From assembly GCA_051746405.1 (NCBI GenBank), contig JBNJFB010000015.1:1-47655 (forward strand): DNA of 47,655 nt, given 5' to 3'. The position numbers and the translations under genes are program-made. This document shows, one piece after another, positions 39,867 through 47,655 of the stretch; within the stretch, counting starts at the first letter, position 1; each line of letters begins with the position of its first letter. This stretch comes from Campylobacterota bacterium. GTDB taxonomy: Bacteria > Campylobacterota > Campylobacteria > Campylobacterales > Arcobacteraceae. Below the pieces are notes generated by a model. That model was not told the origin of the DNA, searched no databases, and worked only from the letters and a program-made list of their open reading frames with translations.

Positions 39867-42800
39867 CTATTTTGAATTTCTTAAGTAAAACACTCTATAA
39901 ACCATTGGTACATAGTATAAATTAAGTACCGTAGCCCATAAAATTCCAAAGCCTAAAGATACAGCCATAGGCTTTAAAATCAAAGCTTGTCCAGATGCAA
40001 AGAAAATCAAAGAACTAAGCCCTAAAATAGTAGTAGCAGATGTGAGTAAAATAGGTCTTAGTCTCATTTTTGCATACTTCTTCATTTCATCTAAGTTTTT
40101 AGCTTTTTTAATAAAATCCATCATAATAATTCCATCATTTACAATAACTCCAGCTAGTCCTACCATACCTATTAAACTTGGCATAGTAATATTCATTCCC
40201 ATAATTATATGCCCTATTAAAACTCCAAGTATTGAAAGGGGAATTGTACTTAATATAATAAAAGGTTTAATAATAGAATCAAACATCCAAACAAGAGCTA
40301 TAAATATTAAAACCATAGCTAATAAGGCTGCTTGTGTCATCTCTTTTTGAACTTTTTTATTCTCTTTTTGTTCACCTTTTATCTCCAACTCTATACTTTT
40401 ATCAAGCTGTTTTACTTTAGAGTCTAACTTACTAAAAACTTCTGCTGATGTTATTGTATCATCAAGTGAGCCAGTTACACTTATAATTTGTTTATTGTTT
40501 TCTTTAAAAATTTGAGAGTATGAAGGTATTTTTACAAACTCTACAACTTGTGATAAAAGTACTCTTTTATTATCTGATGTTATAATCTCAAAGCTATCTA
40601 GGCTACTTATTTTATCCTTTGATTTACTCTTAAATACCACTTCAACTATTCCCTTATCATCAAACATCTTTGAGTATGTAGCTTTAAAATAGAATGGTCT
40701 TAGCTCATTTAATATATCTTGTTCTGTAATACCTAGTTTATGTGCATATGAGTTTAATCTAAATTTCAACTCATAGTTACCAAGTAGTGCATCATCTGCA
40801 ATATTTGAAACTCCCTTTATCTCTTTTAAGGATGATTTTAAATCTTCCACAGCTTTTAGTACTTTATCATTTTCACCCCAAAGTGCTATTTCTAAATCAT
40901 TTTTTACAATTCCTGCTTGGGGTACAAATATCTTCAACTCTTCAAACTTTTTGGATTTTATCTCTTTATTTAAAACACTCTTTAACTGCTTGACCACATC
41001 TTGGGCACTTGTATTTCTAATCATATTTGTATCATCATATTTTGGTGATAAATATGGATTTATATACTTCTCAAATGCATTTACAGGGGCCCTTTCATAT
41101 AAGTTTACAAAAATATGAAAATAAAACTCCTCATTATGGGGTTGATTTTTACCATCTAGTTTCATACCTGTAACTGATGATACTGAACTTACAGTGGATT
41201 TAAAATCTAAACTATCAATTATTTTCTTCTCTATTTTAGTTACTTTTTGTTCTGTTTGTTCAATTCTTTTACCAACACCAACTGAACCTGTAATATAAAT
41301 CTGAGTAGAATCAAAAGTGGGCATAAATTTAAACTTTTGTGTTTGAAAAATACCAAAGGATGTAGTTAAAATAGCAATTAACATTATAAATATAGATATG
41401 TATCTACCTTTTAGTAAAAAGCTTAAAACAGTCTCATAAAGCTTATAGTTAAAATCCCATATTTTATGTGACTTTCTATCTTCTTTACTTACTTTTAAAA
41501 TATCTTTTGCATGTAATGGTAAAAAGAAAAATGCCTCAACAAGTGAGCTTATTAAAAGTATAGTTATCATTATTGGTAAAACTTGCATAAACTTACCAAT
41601 CTCACCTGTCATAAGTAAAATTGGTAAAAAAGAGAAAATTGTAGTTGCAGTTGCTGTTAATACAGCAGGATACATTTCAACTGCACCATCTCTAGCAGCA
41701 GTAAACTTATCCTTACCCATTTCAAGATGCCTATAGATATTTTCCCCAACTACAATAGCCTCATCCACAAGCATTCCAAGGGCTATTAATGCCCCTAAAA
41801 GTGAAAGCATATTTAAACTATATCCTAAATAATCAGCACTTATAAGACCTATCATAAAAGAAGCAGGAATACCAATAGCTATTACTATTGAAATTCTTAT
41901 ATTTATGAAAAAAAATAGTGCAATAAATAGTAAACAAAGACCAAAAAGTATATTTGAGACAACTGTATTTAGTCTATTTTTTATCCAAACTGATGTATCA
42001 ATATAAGTATCAAAATCTAAATTTTCATACTGATTTTCAAAACTTTTAGTTATCTCTTTTATCTGTTTTACTAAACTTATTGAATCACCCTCAAACCCTT
42101 TGTTTACACTAATAGCTATGTTTTTACTTCCATTAAAATGGGAAATATTTTGTACATCCTCTAAGGTAAAGTTTACACTTGCTATATCTTTTAAAAGTAT
42201 CCTTTTACTTCCAATTTTAAGTATAGTATTCTCTAAGTTTTGTTTATCTTTTTCTCCATTAAAAGTGGATAAGTAGTAGTGTCTTTTAGTATCTTTTACA
42301 ATACCAACAGGAGTAATTGTACTTAATCTTTGTACTTCATCAATTACAGCTAATTTATTTAATCCATAAGCTTCAATTTTTGACTCATCAAAGGTTATCA
42401 AAAGTTGTCTATCACTCTCTCCTAGAACATTTACATTTGATAAGTCTTGAAGCTGCACAATTTTGGACTTTACATCTTTTGCCACATCTATTAGATACTG
42501 TTTAGATGCATTATCATCCTTTGAATAAACAGCAACTGTAATAAGAGGAAAGGCCTGCTGCATAATCTTCACTGTAGGCTCTTCCATATCTGAGGGTAAG
42601 TTTGGTTTTATCTTTGTTACAATATCTTTAATATCATTTAAAGCAACCTGTGGATTTTCACCATCTTTTAAATCAACTTTTATGGAAAAATAACCATTTT
42701 TAATAGTTGATGAGATATCATCTGCTTGACTTAAACTTAATAGTTCATCCTCAATATCACTAACAGCAATTTTATCTAAAATCTCAGAGCTTGCTCCCAC

Positions 42801-42959
42801 ATATGTACCATTTATAGAAATAGCTTCTAATGCAGAGGGAGGGAAAATCTCTTTTGGAATTTTAAAGTAAGAAAAAACAGCTAAAATAAGAATAAAAACT
42901 AATAGTAAATGGTTTAAAATAGGCTTTCTAAGTGCAAACTCAATAATAGCTTTTATCAT
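39867..42959 (-). CDS. RND efflux transporter permease (AcrB/D/F family)
   Basis: 1030 aa; GMLVDEAIVV, GVIVNDGI, RLRPILLT. Confidence 0.95.
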   Translation of the reverse strand: MIKAIIEFALRKPILNHLLLVFILILAVFSYFKIPKEIFPPSALEAISINGTYVGASSEILDKIAVSDIEDELLSLSQADDISSTIKNGYFSIKVDLKDGENPQVALNDIKDIVTKIKPNLPSDMEEPTVKIMQQAFPLITVAVYSKDDNASKQYLIDVAKDVKSKIVQLQDLSNVNVLGESDRQLLITFDESKIEAYGLNKLAVIDEVQRLSTITPVGIVKDTKRHYYLSTFNGEKDKQNLENTILKIGSKRILLKDIASVNFTLEDVQNISHFNGSKNIAISVNKGFEGDSISLVKQIKEITKSFENQYENLDFDTYIDTSVWIKNRLNTVVSNILFGLCLLFIALFFFINIRISIVIAIGIPASFMIGLISADYLGYSLNMLSLLGALIALGMLVDEAIVVGENIYRHLEMGKDKFTAARDGAVEMYPAVLTATATTIFSFLPILLMTGEIGKFMQVLPIMITILLISSLVEAFFFLPLHAKDILKVSKEDRKSHKIWDFNYKLYETVLSFLLKGRYISIFIMLIAILTTSFGIFQTQKFKFMPTFDSTQIYITGSVGVGKRIEQTEQKVTKIEKKIIDSLDFKSTVSSVSSVTGMKLDGKNQPHNEEFYFHIFVNLYERAPVNAFEKYINPYLSPKYDDTNMIRNTSAQDVVKQLKSVLNKEIKSKKFEELKIFVPQAGIVKNDLEIALWGENDKVLKAVEDLKSSLKEIKGVSNIADDALLGNYELKFRLNSYAHKLGITEQDILNELRPFYFKATYSKMFDDKGIVEVVFKSKSKDKISSLDSFEIITSDNKRVLLSQVVEFVKIPSYSQIFKENNKQIISVTGSLDDTITSAEVFSKLDSKVKQLDKSIELEIKGEQKENKKVQKEMTQAALLAMVLIFIALVWMFDSIIKPFIILSTIPLSILGVLIGHIIMGMNITMPSLIGMVGLAGVIVNDGIIMMDFIKKAKNLDEMKKYAKMRLRPILLTSATTILGLSSLIFFASGQALILKPMAVSLGFGILWATVLNLYYVPMVYRVFYLRNSK

Positions 42960-43210
42960 TGTTCAAACTTTAAAGGATTAAATAAAAGAGAGTCTATAAT
43001 CTGATTTTTAAACTTCATATCTTCCAATTGTTGAGACAAAAATCGATTCTCTTCTTGTAAAGATATATAGTGAGCATAAAGCTTATTTACATCCTTACTA
43101 ATATAATAAATATTATTTCTTAGATAAATCTTTGGAAAATACAAAGCTAATGCAAGTAATAAAATTGAAAGTACAATTATCAATGAATTAATAGCATTTA
43201 ATCTAATCAA
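42956..43210 (-). CDS. FtsL-like small membrane/coiled-coil protein
   Basis: TM then PKIYL.NNIYYIS and a coiled coil; directly downstream of rsmH. Confidence 0.6.
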   Translation of the reverse strand: MIRLNAINSLIIVLSILLLALALYFPKIYLRNNIYYISKDVNKLYAHYISLQEENRFLSQQLEDMKFKNQIIDSLLFNPLKFEQ

Positions 43211-44105
43211 ATTTGAAAATCCTTAGCTTTGAGCTTCTACTTCTTGGGTTTTGTTTTATTTCAGCTTGTGTTGGAGTTATAGGTTTTTTTGTAACTATTT
43301 TTCCTAAACTATGGTCATTTCCACACTCACATCTAAAAGCCTCTTTAGGGCAAATACATGATTTTGTCCATTTCTTAAAATATTTCTTAACTATTCTATC
43401 TTCAAGAGAATGAAAAGATATAATTGCAATAGTGCAATTTCTTGGCTTTAAATCTTCAATTGATTTAAAAAGTCTTCTTAAAACACCCAATTCATCATTT
43501 ACTTCAATTCTAATAGCTTGAAAAGGTAGTGTTGCAGGATGAATTTTTCCCTTGTGTAGTTTTTTTGCTAAAAAGTCTGCAAGCTGTTTTGATGAGTAAA
43601 AAGGTCTATTTTTCACCACTAAAGATGCTGCTTTTTTATACTCTCTTACTTCACCATACTCTCTAAATATCTTCTCTAAAGAGTCTTGAGAGTAAGTATT
43701 TACTACAGTTGAAGCATCTAAGGCTTGCTCTTGGTTCATTCTCATATCTAACTTTTCACTATCAAAACCAAAACCTCTACTCTCATCATCTAATTGTAAA
43801 GACGAAACACCAATATCTGCTAAGATACCTTTTATATCATACTGTTTAAAAGTATCTATTAAGTGCTCAAAATTTCCTTTTTTGAAAGTAACTCTTTGAC
43901 TAAATTTCTCTAATCTTTTTTTACTAAACTCTAAAGCCGTATCATCTTGATCATTACAAATTAGTTTTATATGTTCATTTTGAGACAAAAGACCAAAACT
44001 ATGACCTCCAAAACCTGTGGTACAATCGATGATATAACCATCATTGATATCTTCAAAAGCTTTTAGTGTCTCTTCATACAAAACTGGGATATGAGGTGTG
44101 TGCAT
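43203..44105 (-). CDS. rsmH: 16S rRNA m4C1402 methyltransferase
   Basis: HIPVL, GFGGHS, DIGVSS.QLD, LDMRM, FQAIRIEVN, SFHSLEDR, NPRSRS. Confidence 0.97.
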   Translation of the reverse strand: MHTPHIPVLYEETLKAFEDINDGYIIDCTTGFGGHSFGLLSQNEHIKLICNDQDDTALEFSKKRLEKFSQRVTFKKGNFEHLIDTFKQYDIKGILADIGVSSLQLDDESRGFGFDSEKLDMRMNQEQALDASTVVNTYSQDSLEKIFREYGEVREYKKAASLVVKNRPFYSSKQLADFLAKKLHKGKIHPATLPFQAIRIEVNDELGVLRRLFKSIEDLKPRNCTIAIISFHSLEDRIVKKYFKKWTKSCICPKEAFRCECGNDHSLGKIVTKKPITPTQAEIKQNPRSRSSKLRIFKFD

Positions 44106-44165
44106 TAAAACAGTCCTTATTAAAATTCCTATATAATACCAAAAAAATCATTTAAGGCTTTTAAA

Positions 44166-44744
44166 ATGTTACATAAAAATACACTAGATTTACTAAAAGA
44201 CTTATCGCTAACCATGTTTAGAAAAAACTTCTTTGGTATATATCACGGAGCAATCTCTGCAAAAATTGACCAAGAAAACTTTATGATAAATACAGCTGAT
44301 GCAATTTTTGATGAAATGGATGAAAAATCATTTTGTGAGTTAAACCTAAATAAGTTTGATTATAGATGGAATATAGCAAGTATTGAAGCACACATTCATG
44401 CAACAATCTATACAAATATCCATGAAGCAAAATATATAGCATTTGGTATGCCAATATTTACAACTGGCTATACATTTGACAATGATAAAATAGTATTTGA
44501 AGACTTTTTTGGAAAAACTGAGTTTGGAGAAATACCAATATATGACCCAGGTGATTTTAATACATGGTATGACAGAAACTCCCTTGAAATTACAAAATAT
44601 TTAAAACAGAGTAAAAATAATATTATGGTAATAAAAGGTATTGGAACTTATGTTTATGATAGGGATATTCACAAGCTAGTTAAGAAAATAGCTATTTTGG
44701 AAAACTCTTGTAGACTTTTAAGTATAAAGCCATCATTTCATTAA
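44166..44744 (+). CDS. Class II aldolase/adducin domain protein
   Basis: GAISAK, ASIEAHIHATIY, MVIKGIG.Y, LENSC. Confidence 0.8.
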   Translation: MLHKNTLDLLKDLSLTMFRKNFFGIYHGAISAKIDQENFMINTADAIFDEMDEKSFCELNLNKFDYRWNIASIEAHIHATIYTNIHEAKYIAFGMPIFTTGYTFDNDKIVFEDFFGKTEFGEIPIYDPGDFNTWYDRNSLEITKYLKQSKNNIMVIKGIGTYVYDRDIHKLVKKIAILENSCRLLSIKPSFH

Positions 44745-44865
44745 AATAAGCTTTGAATCATTATGTTTTATATTATTTATGCTTTTAAAAGCCCTACTTT
44801 TAGCTATTCTAAAGCTTAAATACTATAAAGTTTAAACAATTTAAATTAATACAAGGAGTTCTTCT

Positions 44866-45141
44866 ATGAACAAAGCGGATTTTATCGATGCAGTAGCGGA
44901 CAAAGCTGGTCTTTCAAAGAAAGATGCAAAAGGTGCAGTTGAAGCTGTATTAGAAACAATTACAGATTCACTAGTGAAAAAAGAGCCTGTAAGTTTTATT
45001 GGGTTTGGAACATTCTCAACTGCTGAGAGAGCAGAAAGAACTGCAAAAGTTCCAGGTACAGATAGAACTGTAAAAGTTCCAGCTACAACTGTTGCTAAGT
45101 TTAAAGTAGGTAAAGCTTTAAAAGAAGCAGTAGCTAAGTAA
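44866..45141 (+). CDS. hup: DNA-binding protein HU
   Basis: MNKADFIDAVA, IGFGTF, KFKVGKALKEAV. Confidence 0.96.
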   Translation: MNKADFIDAVADKAGLSKKDAKGAVEAVLETITDSLVKKEPVSFIGFGTFSTAERAERTAKVPGTDRTVKVPATTVAKFKVGKALKEAVAK

Positions 45142-45157
45142 TAAACTAAACTGTCTT

Positions 45158-45197
45158 AAAAAAAGGATTCAATAAAAAATATTGAAGCCTTTTTTTT
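45158..45197 (+). terminator. Intrinsic terminator after hup
   Basis: aaaaaaaggattcaat...attgaagccttttttt. Confidence 0.7.
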
Positions 45198-45199
45198 AT

Positions 45200-45284
45200 G
45201 CCTGTGTGGTGAAACTGGTAAACACGTTGGATTCAAAATCCAATGACTTCGGTCTTGAGGGTTCGAGTCCCTCCACAGGTACCA
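45200..45284 (+). tRNA. tRNA-Leu (CAA)
   Basis: Acceptor gcctgtg/cacaggt + ACCA; D-loop TGGTA; anticodon stem ttgga/tccaa with loop ttCAAaa; long variable arm gacttcggtc; GGTTCGAGTCC. Confidence 0.96.
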
Positions 45285-45334
45285 CTTATAAATCACAGAA
45301 CTTACAAAATAAACTTAAAAGTATTGCTATAAAT

Positions 45335-45649
45335 ATGGAACAATTTAACTTCTTAAAAGACATCCCATTTTCTTCAAACAGTGAGCTTTTTGAAACTATT
45401 GTCAAAAATGAAAAAGTAAAAATTGAAAGAATCATCTCGTATGGTCAAACCTCACCCAAAGATTTTTGGTACGATCAAAAAGAAGATGAGTTTGTTTTGA
45501 TAATAGTTGGAAGTGCAACTATACAATATGATGATGGTTTAATATATCATCTTCATGAAGGTGACTCTCTTTACATTAAAGCTTATCAAAAACATAAAGT
45601 CACCTATACACAAAACCCCACTATTTGGCTAGCAGTATGGTTGCCATGA
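45335..45649 (+). CDS. Cupin domain protein
   Basis: KIERIISYGQTSP, WYDQ..DEFV, GD..YI.A..KHKV, TIWLAV. Confidence 0.85.
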   Translation: MEQFNFLKDIPFSSNSELFETIVKNEKVKIERIISYGQTSPKDFWYDQKEDEFVLIIVGSATIQYDDGLIYHLHEGDSLYIKAYQKHKVTYTQNPTIWLAVWLP

Positions 45650-45709
45650 GTATTAAGAGTCTCACATAATTTAATATTCTTTTTATACCTTTAATAAAGG
45701 ATATATAGT

Positions 45710-46364
45710 CCCAAATAATTCCATAAGATTTAAATAAAAAGCTAAGAAAGGCTATAATACAGTATAAAGAAGCAAAAAGTTGCACTTAACACTTTCACCC
45801 ATTAGGTGCAACTTTTTCCCAAGGATTGTATTATGACACAAACAATTTTAGATTTCGATTTAGCGACAACTTCTGAGAAGCTAACACCAAGAGCAGGAAC
45901 TATTATTTTAGGTGAGTATCTCAAGGGTTTGGGATTAGAAAAACTTTGCAATAATAACTTACCATTGCCTTTAAATCATAAAGGCTACAATCCATTTGAT
46001 TTTATATATCCACTCGTATTAATGCTTCATAGTGGAGGTAGAGTATTAGATGATATTAAAGAAATAAAAATGGATAAGGCTTTAAAGCAAAGTTTAAATA
46101 TCAAAAATATCCCAACTGCATCAGCTATTATAAAATGGTTAAAAAGAACAGGGCTTGCTGGAGTTTATGGATTAGAAAGAATAAATAAAACTCTATTAGA
46201 ACGATATTTAAGAAATATAGATGAAGATTTAATTTTAGATATCGATGCTACAGTTATTAAGGCACATAAATCAACTTCTAAATATACTTATAAAATGATA
46301 CCAGGATATACACCTATTATTGGTCATTTAAATGGTGGTTATGCAATTGCAAGTGAATTTAGAG
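45710..46364 (+). mobile_element. IS1380-family element, 5' part; transposase (45833-46364) truncated
   Basis: LTPRAG, LDIDAT, GYTP, EFR; putative left end cccaaataattccataa at 45710; frame runs into the IS3 end. Confidence 0.82.
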
Positions 46365-46404
46365 TGGAGTGGTAACTTAATGTAAGACACATAATTTTAC
46401 TTTT

Positions 46405-47350
46405 CTATGCAGCTGTTTCAACTTGTAACATTTGTCTTTTTTCTTCAAACTCCACTGGTGATAAACCATCTAAATAACTATGAGATCTAACTCTATTATA
46501 AAACAGTTCAATATATTTAAAAACCTCCAATTTTGCTTGTTTTTTTGTATAAAATGTAGTTTGATAAACTAATTCATTTTTTAAACTTTTGAAAAAACTT
46601 TCTGCTACTGCATTATCCCAGCAATTTCCTTTTCTTGACATACTTTGAGTGATATTATTCTCTTTTAACAAATCTTTATGAGAATATGAAGCATATTGAC
46701 TTCCTCTATCTGTATGCCAAATAAGTCCTTGTTTTGGGTTTCTATGTCTTAATGCCATATTTAAAGCATCATTTACCAAAGAAACCTTCATTGTATCATC
46801 CATACTCCAACCAACTACTCTTCTTGAGTATAGGTCAATCACTGCTGCAAGGTATAACCATCCTTCCCCAGTAGAAATATAAGTAATATCTCCTACATAT
46901 TTCTCATCTTTATTTGAAGCATAAAAGTCTTGATTTAATATATTTGGTGCTATTGGTAAATTATGGTTGTGCAAGTGTGGATTCCGCTACGCTACATGAA
47001 TCGGTTGTATTTTTATACCTTCTTTTCATTTTAACTTTTAATTTTAAATCTCTCATAATATTTGAAATACGCTTTCTTGACACAAATAAACCATAATATA
47101 GTAAAAGTCTATCTCTTATTCTTCTAGTCCCATAGGTATTCTTACCTTCAATGAATATAAACTCTACAAGTTCATTTAGTTTTGTATCAACTTTTTTTAC
47201 TTCACTACCAGATTTTACCCAATGGTAATATGACGCCCTATTTACTTTTAAAACTTTACACATCAAAATGATATTAAAAACATCCCTATATTTTTTAATA
47301 AAGGCGTACTTTAGAGGGTTTCTTTCGCAAAGTACGCCATTGCTTTTTTT
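46405..47350 (-). pseudogene. IS3 orfB transposase split by a 28-bp insertion
   Basis: Deleting 46969-46996 joins ORFs 46961-47266 and 46405-46974 into ...TTDSNHNLPIAPN... Confidence 0.88.
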
Positions 47351-47559
47351 AGAATATCCCTATTCGTAATAGAAAACTGTATCTATATACACTTTTTTAT
47401 TACTCTTATTTTAAGAGTTTATTTTCACGTCTCAAGCGTTTAAGCTCTTCTGCTTCATTTTCTTCAAAAGTTTTTTGGGAATTATTATTTCCAAGTGGAA
47501 TATTATGTTCTTTTTTATGTGCTCTAACCCAAGAGTATAATGTTACTGGATTTAAATCT
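47311..47559 (-). pseudogene. IS3 orfA fragment
   Basis: DLNPVTLYSWV...EELKRLRRENKLLK*E [41-bp insert] RDILKKAMAYFAKETL; N-terminus missing. Confidence 0.82.
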
Positions 47560-47655
47560 TGAATTTTTTGACTGAAAATTGACCCACTATTTTGAAAACT
47601 ATTATCAGAGAATTCCGTTACACTCCATGACCCACCTCTAAACTAAAAAAACATA
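47560..47655. mobile_element. IS21-like terminal repeat region with an embedded IS3-type end
   Basis: TG start, repeated TGACCCAC (47580, 47628); embedded segment ends gttacactcca at 47627. Confidence 0.5.

Larger units (their letters stand above)
46365..47559 (-). mobile_element. IS3-family element, inactivated
   Basis: Terminal TGGAGTGGTAAC at 46365; orfB GDITY, DLYSR, HTDRGSQY, SRKGNCWDNAVAESFF; orfA remnant; A7G frameshift site at 47343-47350. Confidence 0.92.

Noticed and set aside
45182..45334. N-terminal extension of the cupin ORF
   Set aside because: It runs through the hup terminator and tRNA-Leu; the cupin pattern starts at ATG 45335
46966..46996. GTTGTGC as an integron attC/cassette junction
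   Set aside because: No partner RYYYAAC box, second GTT junction or integrase in the window
1..47655. CRISPR array, rRNA, or selenocysteine read-through genes
   Set aside because: No regularly spaced repeats, rRNA motifs, or genes broken by an in-frame TGA were seen

Overview
Very AT-rich chromosomal window from a Campylobacterota bacterium, most likely Arcobacteraceae (inferred from gene content such as the UPF0323 lipoprotein-Gsp pair, nadE-DegT-lpxK, tatBC-queA, rsmH-ftsL-like-RND, and extended -10 TGnTATAAT promoters). Housekeeping genes are interleaved with accessory modules: a CcdA/CcdB pair, a HipB/HipA pair, an amidoligase plus gamma-glutamyl hydrolase pair, and an rraA-GGCT-TPR-ovoA ovothiol-type operon. 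There is also a B12-dependent glutamate mutase operon (S, E, L subunits) linked to an adenylating enzyme instead of methylaspartate lyase, and an apparent ASCH-like/degenerate-GGDEF fusion. After hup and tRNA-Leu(CAA) the window ends in nested, damaged insertion sequences: IS1380 cut by IS3, which carries 28-41 bp foreign inserts and is cut by an IS21-like end. No CRISPR array or rRNA was seen. All calls come from motif recognition by eye; no database search was run.
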